In this document: positions 47,075 through 55,426 of the stretch, in pieces
Position numbering within the stretch: position 1 is the first letter of the stretch
Layout of the letters: every line of letters starts with the position of its first letter
NCBI GenBank assembly: GCA_002505775.1
Contig: DAVY01000007.1
Span: 12,656 to 76,655, forward strand
Direction: 5' to 3'
Source: Euryarchaeota archaeon UBA130
Lineage (GTDB): Archaea > Thermoplasmatota > Poseidoniia > Poseidoniales > Thalassarchaeaceae
Length of the DNA stretch: 64,000 nucleotides
Translations under genes and position numbers: made by a program
Notes under the pieces: model-generated
What the model was told of the DNA's origin: nothing
Database searches by the model: none
What the model saw: the letters and a program-made list of their open reading frames with translations, nothing else

Positions 47075-50000
47075 TCAAGTCTTCTCGATATGGACCGATA
47101 TCTTCACTCCATCTACCTCGAATTCTATGGCGCCATCATTAGCCACTCCCTCGTTGAGATATGCTTTCTCTGAGCGAGTCTCAGAAACTACTCGCTCCCA
47201 GTCTCGATTGGATAATTTACCGTCTTCAATCCAAACACTAAGATTTATTGTCGCCTCAATTTCTAGGTCCAGGTCCTTTCTTTTTGCCTGAATTCTCCTA
47301 ATTATATCTCTGGAGAGGCCTTTGGAAAGGAGATCTTCATCAATTTCCATATCCAGTACCAGTGAGACATCCCCATAATCTCCGGAGAGCGTTTCAGCAG
47401 CAAAACCTTCCCTTTCAACTCTCTTTATGTCAATATCACTGTCATTTATTTCATACCCTCCAACAGCAGCAATTCCAGCCTCAATCTCAAGTAGTAATGA
47501 CTCTGGATCAATCATTTGCAACTCAGAGAGAACTTTCGGGAGGTCAGCTCTGCACTTGGCTCCAAGAGCCTTCCTATTAGGCACAATTTCTATCTTCTGG
47601 AAAGTATCCAAGTCGTCTATGACGCTGATTTCCTCAACATTAAGCTCCTCCGAAAGAATTTCATGGAAGCTCGAGAGGTCAGGACCGCCTACTATCCATC
47701 CAGACCTACAGGGGAGCCTCTGCCTCCTCCCAGCATCTACTCTTACTCTCCTGCCTGCCTCAGCAATTGACCTAACTAACTCCATTTCCATTTCTACCAA
47801 GGGATCAACTGGAGGAAGGGCACTCTCAATAATATCAGAACCAACAGGCCAATCCGCCAAGTGAACAGACGACCCAGTCAGCCCCCTATGTATCGCGTCA
47901 GATACGAAAGGTGAGACTGGAGCCATAAGCCTACAAACTATCAGGAGAACTTCATGAAGTGTGTTCTGACAAGAATGCTTGTCCATACTATCCACTTCAT
48001 TCCACAGCCTCCTACGTGACCTTCTAACATACCAGTTTGAAAGATCATTCACTACGAAAGTCTCGAGATCTCTCCCGGCTTTATGAAAGTCCCATCGAAC
48101 GAATTTATCATGATATTCCTGGGCCATCGATGAAGCCTTCGATAAAATCCATCTGTCAAGATGGCTTCTCTCTTCTAGTGGGACAAATGTGTCCTCATTA
48201 CAGGCATCAAATCCATCTAGTGAGGCGTAATCGGCATGGAACTTGTATACATTCCACAATGTCAAAAACATTTTCGCATAAGACTCTCTTACTCCATTTG
48301 GATCAAAGTTCGTGGGCGACCATGGGGCACTCTGAGTTGTCATATACCATCTGATCGAATCAGCGCCTTCCTTGTTGAAGTGGTCCCAGGGATTAACGAC
48401 ATTTCCCTTCGACTTACTCATCTTCTTCCCGTCCTTATCGAGAATGTGGCCAAGAGATAGGCATCTACGATAGGATATGCTATCGAAAACTGTAGTGGAA
48501 ACCGCCATCAAGGAATAGAACCAACCTCTGGTTTGATCTACTGCTTCACAGATATAATCGACTGGAAACGAGGCATCAAACTTGTCCCCATTTTCGAAGG
48601 GGTAGTGCCATTGAGCGAATGACGCACAACCAGAGTCGAACCAGCAATCCATTACATATGGCTCCCTAATCATCTCGCCATCGCATTCCACTTGCGGGCA
48701 AGAGAGGGTGATCTCGTCAACATACGGTCTGTGTAATTCCGGTGGCATTTCTGAGGATTCAGTCTTCATTTCCGAGAGCTCTTCTATACTTCCAACACAA
48801 TGTTCGCTCCCACATTCCTTGCAAATCCATACTGGCAAAGGGGTGCCCCAGTACCTTTCCCTGCTGATTGCCCAGTCCTTGATATTGGATAGCCATTCTC
48901 CCATTCTTTTGGATCCAGTCCACTCAGGTGCCCATTCAACCTCTGAGTTGTACTGTAGTATCTTTTCTTTAACTGCAGTCATTCTGACGAACCAGCTGTC
49001 CATTGCATAGTACAGCAACGGATGGTCGGTCCTCCAACAGTGTGGATAATCGTGCGTATACGAATGCTCTCTGTAAAGGAGCCCTTCCTTCTCCAGTAAA
49101 TCAATGATAATATCATCGCACTGTTTGACATACTTGCCATCAATATCCTTGTGGGTTCCTTGGATAAATTTGCCATCCATCCCCACGGTATGTTGCGCTG
49201 GAAATCCGACTTCCATTCCAAGACTGTAGTCGTCCTCACCATACATTACCGCGGTGTGGACGACCCCGGTTCCATCAGTGGTTGTGACAAAGTCCGCCCC
49301 AACTATGGTCCATGCAGATGGGTGCCCCTCTCCATCAATGGCCCCCGGGAAAAGTGGCTTGTATGATCTCCCAATTATTTCTGAACCAGGAAACTCATCT
49401 AAAACCTCCATATGGTTTCTCAATACATTCCCAATCAGGTCCTTGGCTAAAATCAACTCTTCGCCAACCTCTGCCCCTCCTCTGCCTTCCCACGTATCAG
49501 ACGGACCAGAGGTTATCTTCACTCTGCAATAGGTCAGATCTGGACCAACCGCAAGACCTACATTGCCCGGAAGTGTCCAAGGAGTAGTAGTCCAGGCCAA
49601 TACAGAAGCTTCATCGTCCAGAAGCTTGAATTTCACGAAGACTGCAGGCTCAGTAACCTCTTTGTATCCCAGGGAAACCTCGTGGCTAGAGTAGCTAGTT
49701 CCCGTTTGAGGGCAATATGGCAGAACCTTATGGCCTCTGAATAGAAGGCCCTTATCGAACATCTGCTTCAATGACCACCATGCCGACTCTATGTATTGGT
49801 CATGGAGTGTTACATAGGGGTCATCAAGGTCAACCCAGAAACCCATCCTCTCTGTCATTTCCCTCCAGGTCTCTTCGTAAGTCCACACGCTCTCCTTACA
49901 TTTCTCGTTGAATTCTTTCATGCCATAAGCTTCAATCTCTTCGTTGGACATTAGGTTTAATTGCTTCTGGACCTCAATCTCTACAGGTAGGCCGTGAGTA

Positions 50001-50263
50001 TCCCAACCTGCCTTTCTTTCAACCACATGCCCTTGCATCGTCTTCCATCTGCACACCATGTCCTTGAACAGTCTCGAGATTACATGATGGATTCCCGGTT
50101 TCCCATTGGCAGTGGGGGGCCCTTCCAGAAAGGTGAAAGGAGTTCCATTGGCCCTTCTAGATTCTATTGACTTGGTGAAAGTCCCCTCGGACCTCCATAC
50201 TTCCATCAATGAATTCTCCAGCACGACAGGATCGAACTCACCGGCCGGCCTAGGCACTACCAT
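47075..50263 (-). CDS. ileS: Isoleucyl-tRNA synthetase
   Basis: 1062 aa. PPTANGKPGIHHVISR (HIGH region), KKMSKSKGN (KMSKS), editing-domain-sized insertion and Zn-like CKECGSEHC. Confidence 0.95.
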   Translation of the reverse strand: MVVPRPAGEFDPVVLENSLMEVWRSEGTFTKSIESRRANGTPFTFLEGPPTANGKPGIHHVISRLFKDMVCRWKTMQGHVVERKAGWDTHGLPVEIEVQKQLNLMSNEEIEAYGMKEFNEKCKESVWTYEETWREMTERMGFWVDLDDPYVTLHDQYIESAWWSLKQMFDKGLLFRGHKVLPYCPQTGTSYSSHEVSLGYKEVTEPAVFVKFKLLDDEASVLAWTTTPWTLPGNVGLAVGPDLTYCRVKITSGPSDTWEGRGGAEVGEELILAKDLIGNVLRNHMEVLDEFPGSEIIGRSYKPLFPGAIDGEGHPSAWTIVGADFVTTTDGTGVVHTAVMYGEDDYSLGMEVGFPAQHTVGMDGKFIQGTHKDIDGKYVKQCDDIIIDLLEKEGLLYREHSYTHDYPHCWRTDHPLLYYAMDSWFVRMTAVKEKILQYNSEVEWAPEWTGSKRMGEWLSNIKDWAISRERYWGTPLPVWICKECGSEHCVGSIEELSEMKTESSEMPPELHRPYVDEITLSCPQVECDGEMIREPYVMDCWFDSGCASFAQWHYPFENGDKFDASFPVDYICEAVDQTRGWFYSLMAVSTTVFDSISYRRCLSLGHILDKDGKKMSKSKGNVVNPWDHFNKEGADSIRWYMTTQSAPWSPTNFDPNGVRESYAKMFLTLWNVYKFHADYASLDGFDACNEDTFVPLEERSHLDRWILSKASSMAQEYHDKFVRWDFHKAGRDLETFVVNDLSNWYVRRSRRRLWNEVDSMDKHSCQNTLHEVLLIVCRLMAPVSPFVSDAIHRGLTGSSVHLADWPVGSDIIESALPPVDPLVEMEMELVRSIAEAGRRVRVDAGRRQRLPCRSGWIVGGPDLSSFHEILSEELNVEEISVIDDLDTFQKIEIVPNRKALGAKCRADLPKVLSELQMIDPESLLLEIEAGIAAVGGYEINDSDIDIKRVEREGFAAETLSGDYGDVSLVLDMEIDEDLLSKGLSRDIIRRIQAKRKDLDLEIEATINLSVWIEDGKLSNRDWERVVSETRSEKAYLNEGVANDGAIEFEVDGVKISVHIEKT

Positions 50264-50363
50264 GGCCGGGGCGAGTCCAGACTTCGTATTGAATATGCCT
50301 CGTTCTTCCAGAGAGAAGGTCTTCTCTAGCAGGGTTCAAAAACGTCCTCTGTAACGATGTTGT

Positions 50364-51014
50364 ATGAGCAGAACCATCACACTCGATGTTGGGGGTATGA
50401 CTTGTGATGGCTGCGCCTCGAATGTAACCAAAGCAATCAACTCCATAGTGGAAGTTTCCGAGGTAGATGTGTCTCACGATTCAGGTAAGGCAATAGTCAC
50501 TCATAATTTACCAGATGATGAAAATATCAGACTCGCGATCATGAATGCCGGATATTCTGTAGACGGAGAGTCCGAACAATTCAACTGGAAAGACGGTTCT
50601 GTGTGGAGGCAGTCCGCACACAATACCAAGTGGTGCTTGATTGGCTGTAGTATTGGCGATTTCGGAACAATTGCCGCTTTCCAATTTATTCCATATCTTG
50701 ATGCTCTTGGCTGGTCTGCAATGTCGATTATGATGCTTGCAATGTTCAATGGGATCATGACTTCAATCGCACTTGAGACCTTCATCTTAATCAAACAGAT
50801 GGGAGGAATTAGAGAAGCATTCAGAGTAGCTATTGGGATGTCTCTTATTTCGATGATAGCAATGGAAGCTTCCATGAATGCCACTGATCTTTTAATCATG
50901 GGAGAGCCTTCATTGACATGGTGGGTAATTCCGATTATGTTGTTCGTAGGATTCATCACTCCATGGCCATATAACTACTGGAGACTCAAGAAGTACGGAT
51001 TAGCTTGTCATTAG
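50364..51014 (+). CDS. Heavy-metal-associated (HMA) domain fused to a DUF4396-like membrane domain
   Basis: N-terminal LDVGGMTCDGCASNV (GMTCxxC HMA motif), then a 4-5 TM domain with WCLIGCSIGDFG. I recall this as DUF4396-like from memory only. Confidence 0.7.
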   Translation: MSRTITLDVGGMTCDGCASNVTKAINSIVEVSEVDVSHDSGKAIVTHNLPDDENIRLAIMNAGYSVDGESEQFNWKDGSVWRQSAHNTKWCLIGCSIGDFGTIAAFQFIPYLDALGWSAMSIMMLAMFNGIMTSIALETFILIKQMGGIREAFRVAIGMSLISMIAMEASMNATDLLIMGEPSLTWWVIPIMLFVGFITPWPYNYWRLKKYGLACH

Positions 51015-51021
51015 GTGATTT

Positions 51022-51798
51022 ATGATGCAGGACTGGAAAAGGCTAGGTGAACAGATTACTGAATGGATATCGGACTATGCTACAAGTAACGGGATAACAA
51101 CTCTAGTAGTGGGAGTTTCAGGAGGAATAGACTCGGCTGTAACATCCACTCTGTGTGCCAAAACCGGGTTAAGGACCATCGCCCTCAGTATGCCTATTTA
51201 CCAAATTGAATCCCAGAACAATCTCTCAATGAAACATTGTGAATGGCTATCTTCAAATTGGAACAATGTAGAAAATCATATCGTAGATTTATCCGAAACA
51301 TTTGACTCAATTAGCACGGTTCTAACCGAAAAAGGGGCCGATGATCTTTCTTTGGCTAACACCAGAGCTAGATTGAGGATGGCTACTCTGTACTCCATGG
51401 CCAGTTCCAACAATGGGATAGTTGTGGGTACAGGGAATAAGGTAGAAGATTTTGGAGTAGGATTCTACACCAAATATGGAGATGGGGGAGTGGACATATC
51501 TCCTATAGCAGATTTATACAAGTCCGAGGTTTTCTCACTAGCCGACTCTCTTGGGGTCATCCAAGAAATTCAGGAAGTTGCGCCAACAGATGGACTCTGG
51601 GATGACGGTAGGACCGATGAAGACCAGATAGGGGCCACATATCAGGAACTAGAGTGGGCCATGAGGGAGGTCGAGAGGCCCTCGGGAGAAGAGCTGGATG
51701 AGAGGCAAAAGCAGGTCATGGAAAGATACATGCAACTCAACAAGGCCAATTCACATAAGATGAACCCAATTCCAGTATTCAAGAAAAGCGACCGCTGA
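51022..51798 (+). CDS. nadE: NH3-dependent NAD+ synthetase
   Basis: PP-loop VGVSGGIDSAV, TGNKVEDFGVGFYTKYGDGG and PTDGLW motifs. Confidence 0.9.
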   Translation: MMQDWKRLGEQITEWISDYATSNGITTLVVGVSGGIDSAVTSTLCAKTGLRTIALSMPIYQIESQNNLSMKHCEWLSSNWNNVENHIVDLSETFDSISTVLTEKGADDLSLANTRARLRMATLYSMASSNNGIVVGTGNKVEDFGVGFYTKYGDGGVDISPIADLYKSEVFSLADSLGVIQEIQEVAPTDGLWDDGRTDEDQIGATYQELEWAMREVERPSGEELDERQKQVMERYMQLNKANSHKMNPIPVFKKSDR

Positions 51799-51829
51799 GT
51801 TAAATTACAAATCTGCTCCCGCTTCCATC

Positions 51830-52369
51830 ATGAGCGATGGGTCACAGATACAAACCAGCTATGCTGATAGTAACCAATTAATGTCCGTAGAATTCGATAG
51901 TAAGATTATAATTTACTGGTGGATGGCAGCAAATTTTGGACTTCTTATGTCAGTGGTTGGAATCATCCTCATGCCGATCTGGATTCCCTTCGGATGGCTT
52001 GTTCATAAGAAACAGTACGAGCATATGAGTGGAGCTCTTACTGACCGCTCCATCAACATGCGTATGGGATGGTTGTTCAAGAAACAGCAGAATATAGCCC
52101 TCGATAAGCTGACCGATGTTTCCATCCATGAGGGTCCAATCCTAAGCGCCTTCGGGGTAGTCAGGATGCAGTTCGAGACCGCAGGTGCAGCACCATTCAT
52201 ACTTACAGGCGTCAGGAATGCGAACCAGTTCCGTGACCTTGTGCTAAGACAAAGAGACTCTCTCGCCTTAACTCCCCCGGCTACTTCCTCCCAAGCCAAC
52301 TCTAACGATGTCTTAGTTGAGATCAGGGACATACTATCTAAGATCGAGTCAAAGCTCTCCGATGAATAA
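51830..52369 (+). CDS. Membrane protein with a bacterial PH-like domain (bPH_2/YdbS-like)
   Basis: Two adjacent TM helices followed by ALTDRSINMRMGWLFKKQQNIALDKLTDVSIHEGPILSAFGVVRMQFETAG, typical of PF03703-type domains. Confidence 0.6.
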   Translation: MSDGSQIQTSYADSNQLMSVEFDSKIIIYWWMAANFGLLMSVVGIILMPIWIPFGWLVHKKQYEHMSGALTDRSINMRMGWLFKKQQNIALDKLTDVSIHEGPILSAFGVVRMQFETAGAAPFILTGVRNANQFRDLVLRQRDSLALTPPATSSQANSNDVLVEIRDILSKIESKLSDE

Positions 52370-52370
52370 C

Positions 52371-53144
52371 TCATATGCCAGAAGAGACTTTCATCCTCAG
52401 ATACCACGGCCAAACCGAAGCATGGCTCTCCACGATATCAAATCCGTAAAGACCCTCCATCGACCTTAGAATGCCAAAGTTAGCAAAGTCCGCACCATTG
52501 GGAGTGTCTCCTCCAAAAAAGTCACCCTTTATGCCACCCGACATATGGTCAAGTTGGAATTTGAGGTTCTCCCGAGGGGGCAGGTCGAACATTTTCGCTC
52601 TGGACTTGCCAACCATCCTCATTATTACCCCCCCTGCCCACTTATTCACTAAACGGGTGCCGAAAGAGAAATTATCGACTCTAGTGACATAATCCAGTGC
52701 TTGGAGGGAGGTTCTGTATGATTTGTAAATCACGGCGACAATCGATTTTCCAAGAATCAAATTGGAAAAATCCATCCACTCGTCCTGCTCGGAATCCTCT
52801 CCCATCCTTGGAAACTCGTTAGTTCCGTTTTCATCGATATAATGTAAGATATAATTCGAGTCGTTCACTTGGGTCCCGTCCCTGTCGACGAAAACTGGCA
52901 CAGCAGTCCAATCAGACCACTTCAGTTGTGTCTTGAATGTTGGGTCAACCTCAACTTTGGAGTATTCAACCCCCCTGCTCCCCAATAGGGCTTTGACTTT
53001 GAAGCAGAATGGGCAGGTTTCAAAACAATACATTGTGGGAAGACCATCAACAACTCTCTCAGGGACAAGCTTTTCTTGGACTCCAGAGGTTGGTTCCAAA
53101 TCAATTTCAGAATGTTGTATATCGTTATCATCCACATCAATCAC
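52371..53144 (-). CDS. Glutaredoxin/GST-fold protein (prostaglandin-E-synthase-2-like architecture)
   Basis: A thioredoxin-fold N-terminal part with CPFC (MYCFETCPFCFKVKALL..VPVFV), followed by a GST-C-like helical part. Confidence 0.65.
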   Translation of the reverse strand: MIDVDDNDIQHSEIDLEPTSGVQEKLVPERVVDGLPTMYCFETCPFCFKVKALLGSRGVEYSKVEVDPTFKTQLKWSDWTAVPVFVDRDGTQVNDSNYILHYIDENGTNEFPRMGEDSEQDEWMDFSNLILGKSIVAVIYKSYRTSLQALDYVTRVDNFSFGTRLVNKWAGGVIMRMVGKSRAKMFDLPPRENLKFQLDHMSGGIKGDFFGGDTPNGADFANFGILRSMEGLYGFDIVESHASVWPWYLRMKVSSGI

Positions 53145-53152
53145 CTCTATAC

Positions 53153-53515
53153 CTATGAATCCAATGCGGATTCCAATGTCTTTCTAAATGAGTCGACTGA
53201 TTTTCCGCATCCTTCCAGCTGAATGGCATCCAAGATGATCTCTATTACACCATCTCGCTCTATGGCAATACATGGAGTCTTACCAATAGTAATCTCCTCT
53301 AGCTCAGGAAACTGCTCATTTAGGTGCAGAAGCTCGATTTCGAAATCCAAGCCGGATATCATTTCCCTCCATTCTTTCTTAGTAGATACTCCCCTGTGAG
53401 TGATGTCACACAGGGCGCAATGGGCAGTGCCCCTTATTTTGCCCCAAACATAGGCAAGCTCCCCTATTATCCCTCCATCTGCATGATATACGCCATAGGC
53501 TTTCTTGACCGCCAT
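53153..53515 (-). CDS. Small conserved-looking hypothetical protein with an HCALCDITH motif
   Basis: 120-aa ORF. GELAYVWGKIRGTAHCALCDITHRG resembles an uncharacterised CxxC family I have seen in bacteria. No function known to me. Confidence 0.5.
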   Translation of the reverse strand: MAVKKAYGVYHADGGIIGELAYVWGKIRGTAHCALCDITHRGVSTKKEWREMISGLDFEIELLHLNEQFPELEEITIGKTPCIAIERDGVIEIILDAIQLEGCGKSVDSFRKTLESALDS

Positions 53516-53655
53516 TACACCACAGCTCCTGCAAACCAGGCGGACAACTATCAGTTGATAATATGGAGTTCCCCGCCATACATCACATCACTTTACCACA
53601 AACAGGACCACATTCGAACACCAATCTTGAAGTGGCTCCTAGCTAGTCCGAATGC

Positions 53656-55401
53656 ATGGAGGTGCCTGAAGAATTGGCTTCGATGCTTGACGGCGATCAC
53701 GGCCCCACTAAGCAGAAAGCAGCTAGCCTGGTCGTTGATCTAGCATCGACTGCTGGCGCAAAGGAATTCATCAGAGCATCCCATGCTCATGTTTCAGGGG
53801 TTAGTGTGATTACTGGGGGGCACGGTCTAAGACGATTCTTAGCTGACTTATCAGGTGATAAAAACGGCAAGGTTGCTATACCAACTACCCTTAATTCTGC
53901 TGGATGCGACCATGAAAAAATGGAGGAAATGGATATAGAATATCCTGATTTTCTAGAACAGCAGTTCGAAATCGTTCATTCATATTCTGAGCTGGGTATT
54001 GATGCCACTCTCTCTTGCACCCCTTATGACAGGGGCATTGAAGAGAAAAAAGGAATAGGATCATGGGCAGAGTCAAATGCGGTTTGCTTCTCAAATTCAT
54101 ACACATCTTTAGTGACGAACAGGGAGTCAGGACTTTCAGCATTGGCGACTGCATTGACTGGTTGGGCTCCAAGATGGGGGCTTCATTTAGAGGAAAATAG
54201 GGCTCCAAACATATTGGTTCATGTCGATTGTGGAATGGAGGACATGACAGATTGGAGTATTCTGGGAGACTGGATAGGAAAGCAGATTCAGCCAGAATGG
54301 AAACTTCCGTGGGGTCCAATGCCAAGAATAATTGGACTCCCAAATCCGACATTCGAGATGAAGAAGGCATTGACAGCAGCGGCAGCAAATTACGGCTGTC
54401 CAATGCTTTGGGCGGATGGAATCACCGATGATGCCCCAGATGTAGAAAATTTTCAGGGGATTCTTCATTTCAATCAGTCAGATTTGTCCGAGAGGTATCG
54501 CGAGTTGTCACCCAAGGGAATAGTCGACCTTGTTGTGATTGGATGCCCCCAGGCCAGTGTAGGTGAGGCTCGGTCGACAGCGGCATTTATGCGCTCAAGG
54601 ATGGAACTCGGAGAGAAGATTCAGAATCATAGGCTCTGGGTTTTCATGAGCTCCCATAATTACGATCTAATAGAAGCGGATGGGACACTCGATATCTTAG
54701 AGGAGGGGGGTGCATTAGTCTTGAAGGACACATGCCCAGAAGTAACTCCCTACAACAGGGCGAACTACAACCATCTGCTCACTAATTCTCTCAAAGCTGA
54801 GCATTATCTCACTAGCGGTTTGAATAAAATGCCAACAAGCGTTGCAACCATAGAAGATTGCGTCGCTCACGCATTTGATCCAAGTCTATTGTCCTCCCCC
54901 AGACCAACACTGAAGTCGGGCATTGCCAAGACGATTCCAAGTTCAAAGGTCAATGTATCTGGAAATTTTCATGCTAATGGCCATGGAATACCTAGTCAGA
55001 AAAACTGGTCAATTAGAGGGAGGGCGCTTGTAACGGACGTACCGATAACTTACCTCGGTTACGTAAACAGGGATACGGGAGTGATCGAAGAGCCAGGTCA
55101 TCCATTAGATGGTACGCCAATAAAAGATACAGTTCTAATCTATCCGAAGGGATCCGGATCAACTGTTGCTCCCTTTGTCCTCATGGGGCTAATCTACACT
55201 GGGAGGGGGCCAATGGGCATAATCAATAGTGATGTGTGTCCGTTGACACTTCCAGCGGCTTCTTTATTGGGTACTCCCTATGCCCATAGCTTCGATGCAG
55301 ATCCGATTATGAATATCAATTCTGGAGACTTAGTTCAAATGCAACTAAGCGAGAAAAAAACCACTATCAAAGTAATCTCAAGAAATGGCGAGGAACAATG
55401 A
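53656..55401 (+). CDS. Aconitase X (AcnX) family protein, with large (DUF521) and small/swivel (DUF126) domains fused in one chain
   Basis: The N-terminus MLDGDHGPTKQKAASLVVDLA...ASHAHVSG is typical of DUF521. The C-terminal ~130 aa (GRALVTDVPITYLGYVNRDTGVIEE..GKDTVLIYPKGSGSTVAPFVL..GRGPMGIIN) is typical of DUF126. Confidence 0.75.
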   Translation: MEVPEELASMLDGDHGPTKQKAASLVVDLASTAGAKEFIRASHAHVSGVSVITGGHGLRRFLADLSGDKNGKVAIPTTLNSAGCDHEKMEEMDIEYPDFLEQQFEIVHSYSELGIDATLSCTPYDRGIEEKKGIGSWAESNAVCFSNSYTSLVTNRESGLSALATALTGWAPRWGLHLEENRAPNILVHVDCGMEDMTDWSILGDWIGKQIQPEWKLPWGPMPRIIGLPNPTFEMKKALTAAAANYGCPMLWADGITDDAPDVENFQGILHFNQSDLSERYRELSPKGIVDLVVIGCPQASVGEARSTAAFMRSRMELGEKIQNHRLWVFMSSHNYDLIEADGTLDILEEGGALVLKDTCPEVTPYNRANYNHLLTNSLKAEHYLTSGLNKMPTSVATIEDCVAHAFDPSLLSSPRPTLKSGIAKTIPSSKVNVSGNFHANGHGIPSQKNWSIRGRALVTDVPITYLGYVNRDTGVIEEPGHPLDGTPIKDTVLIYPKGSGSTVAPFVLMGLIYTGRGPMGIINSDVCPLTLPAASLLGTPYAHSFDADPIMNINSGDLVQMQLSEKKTTIKVISRNGEEQ

Positions 55402-55426
55402 AGTCTACTTGATTCGATGTGATTTT

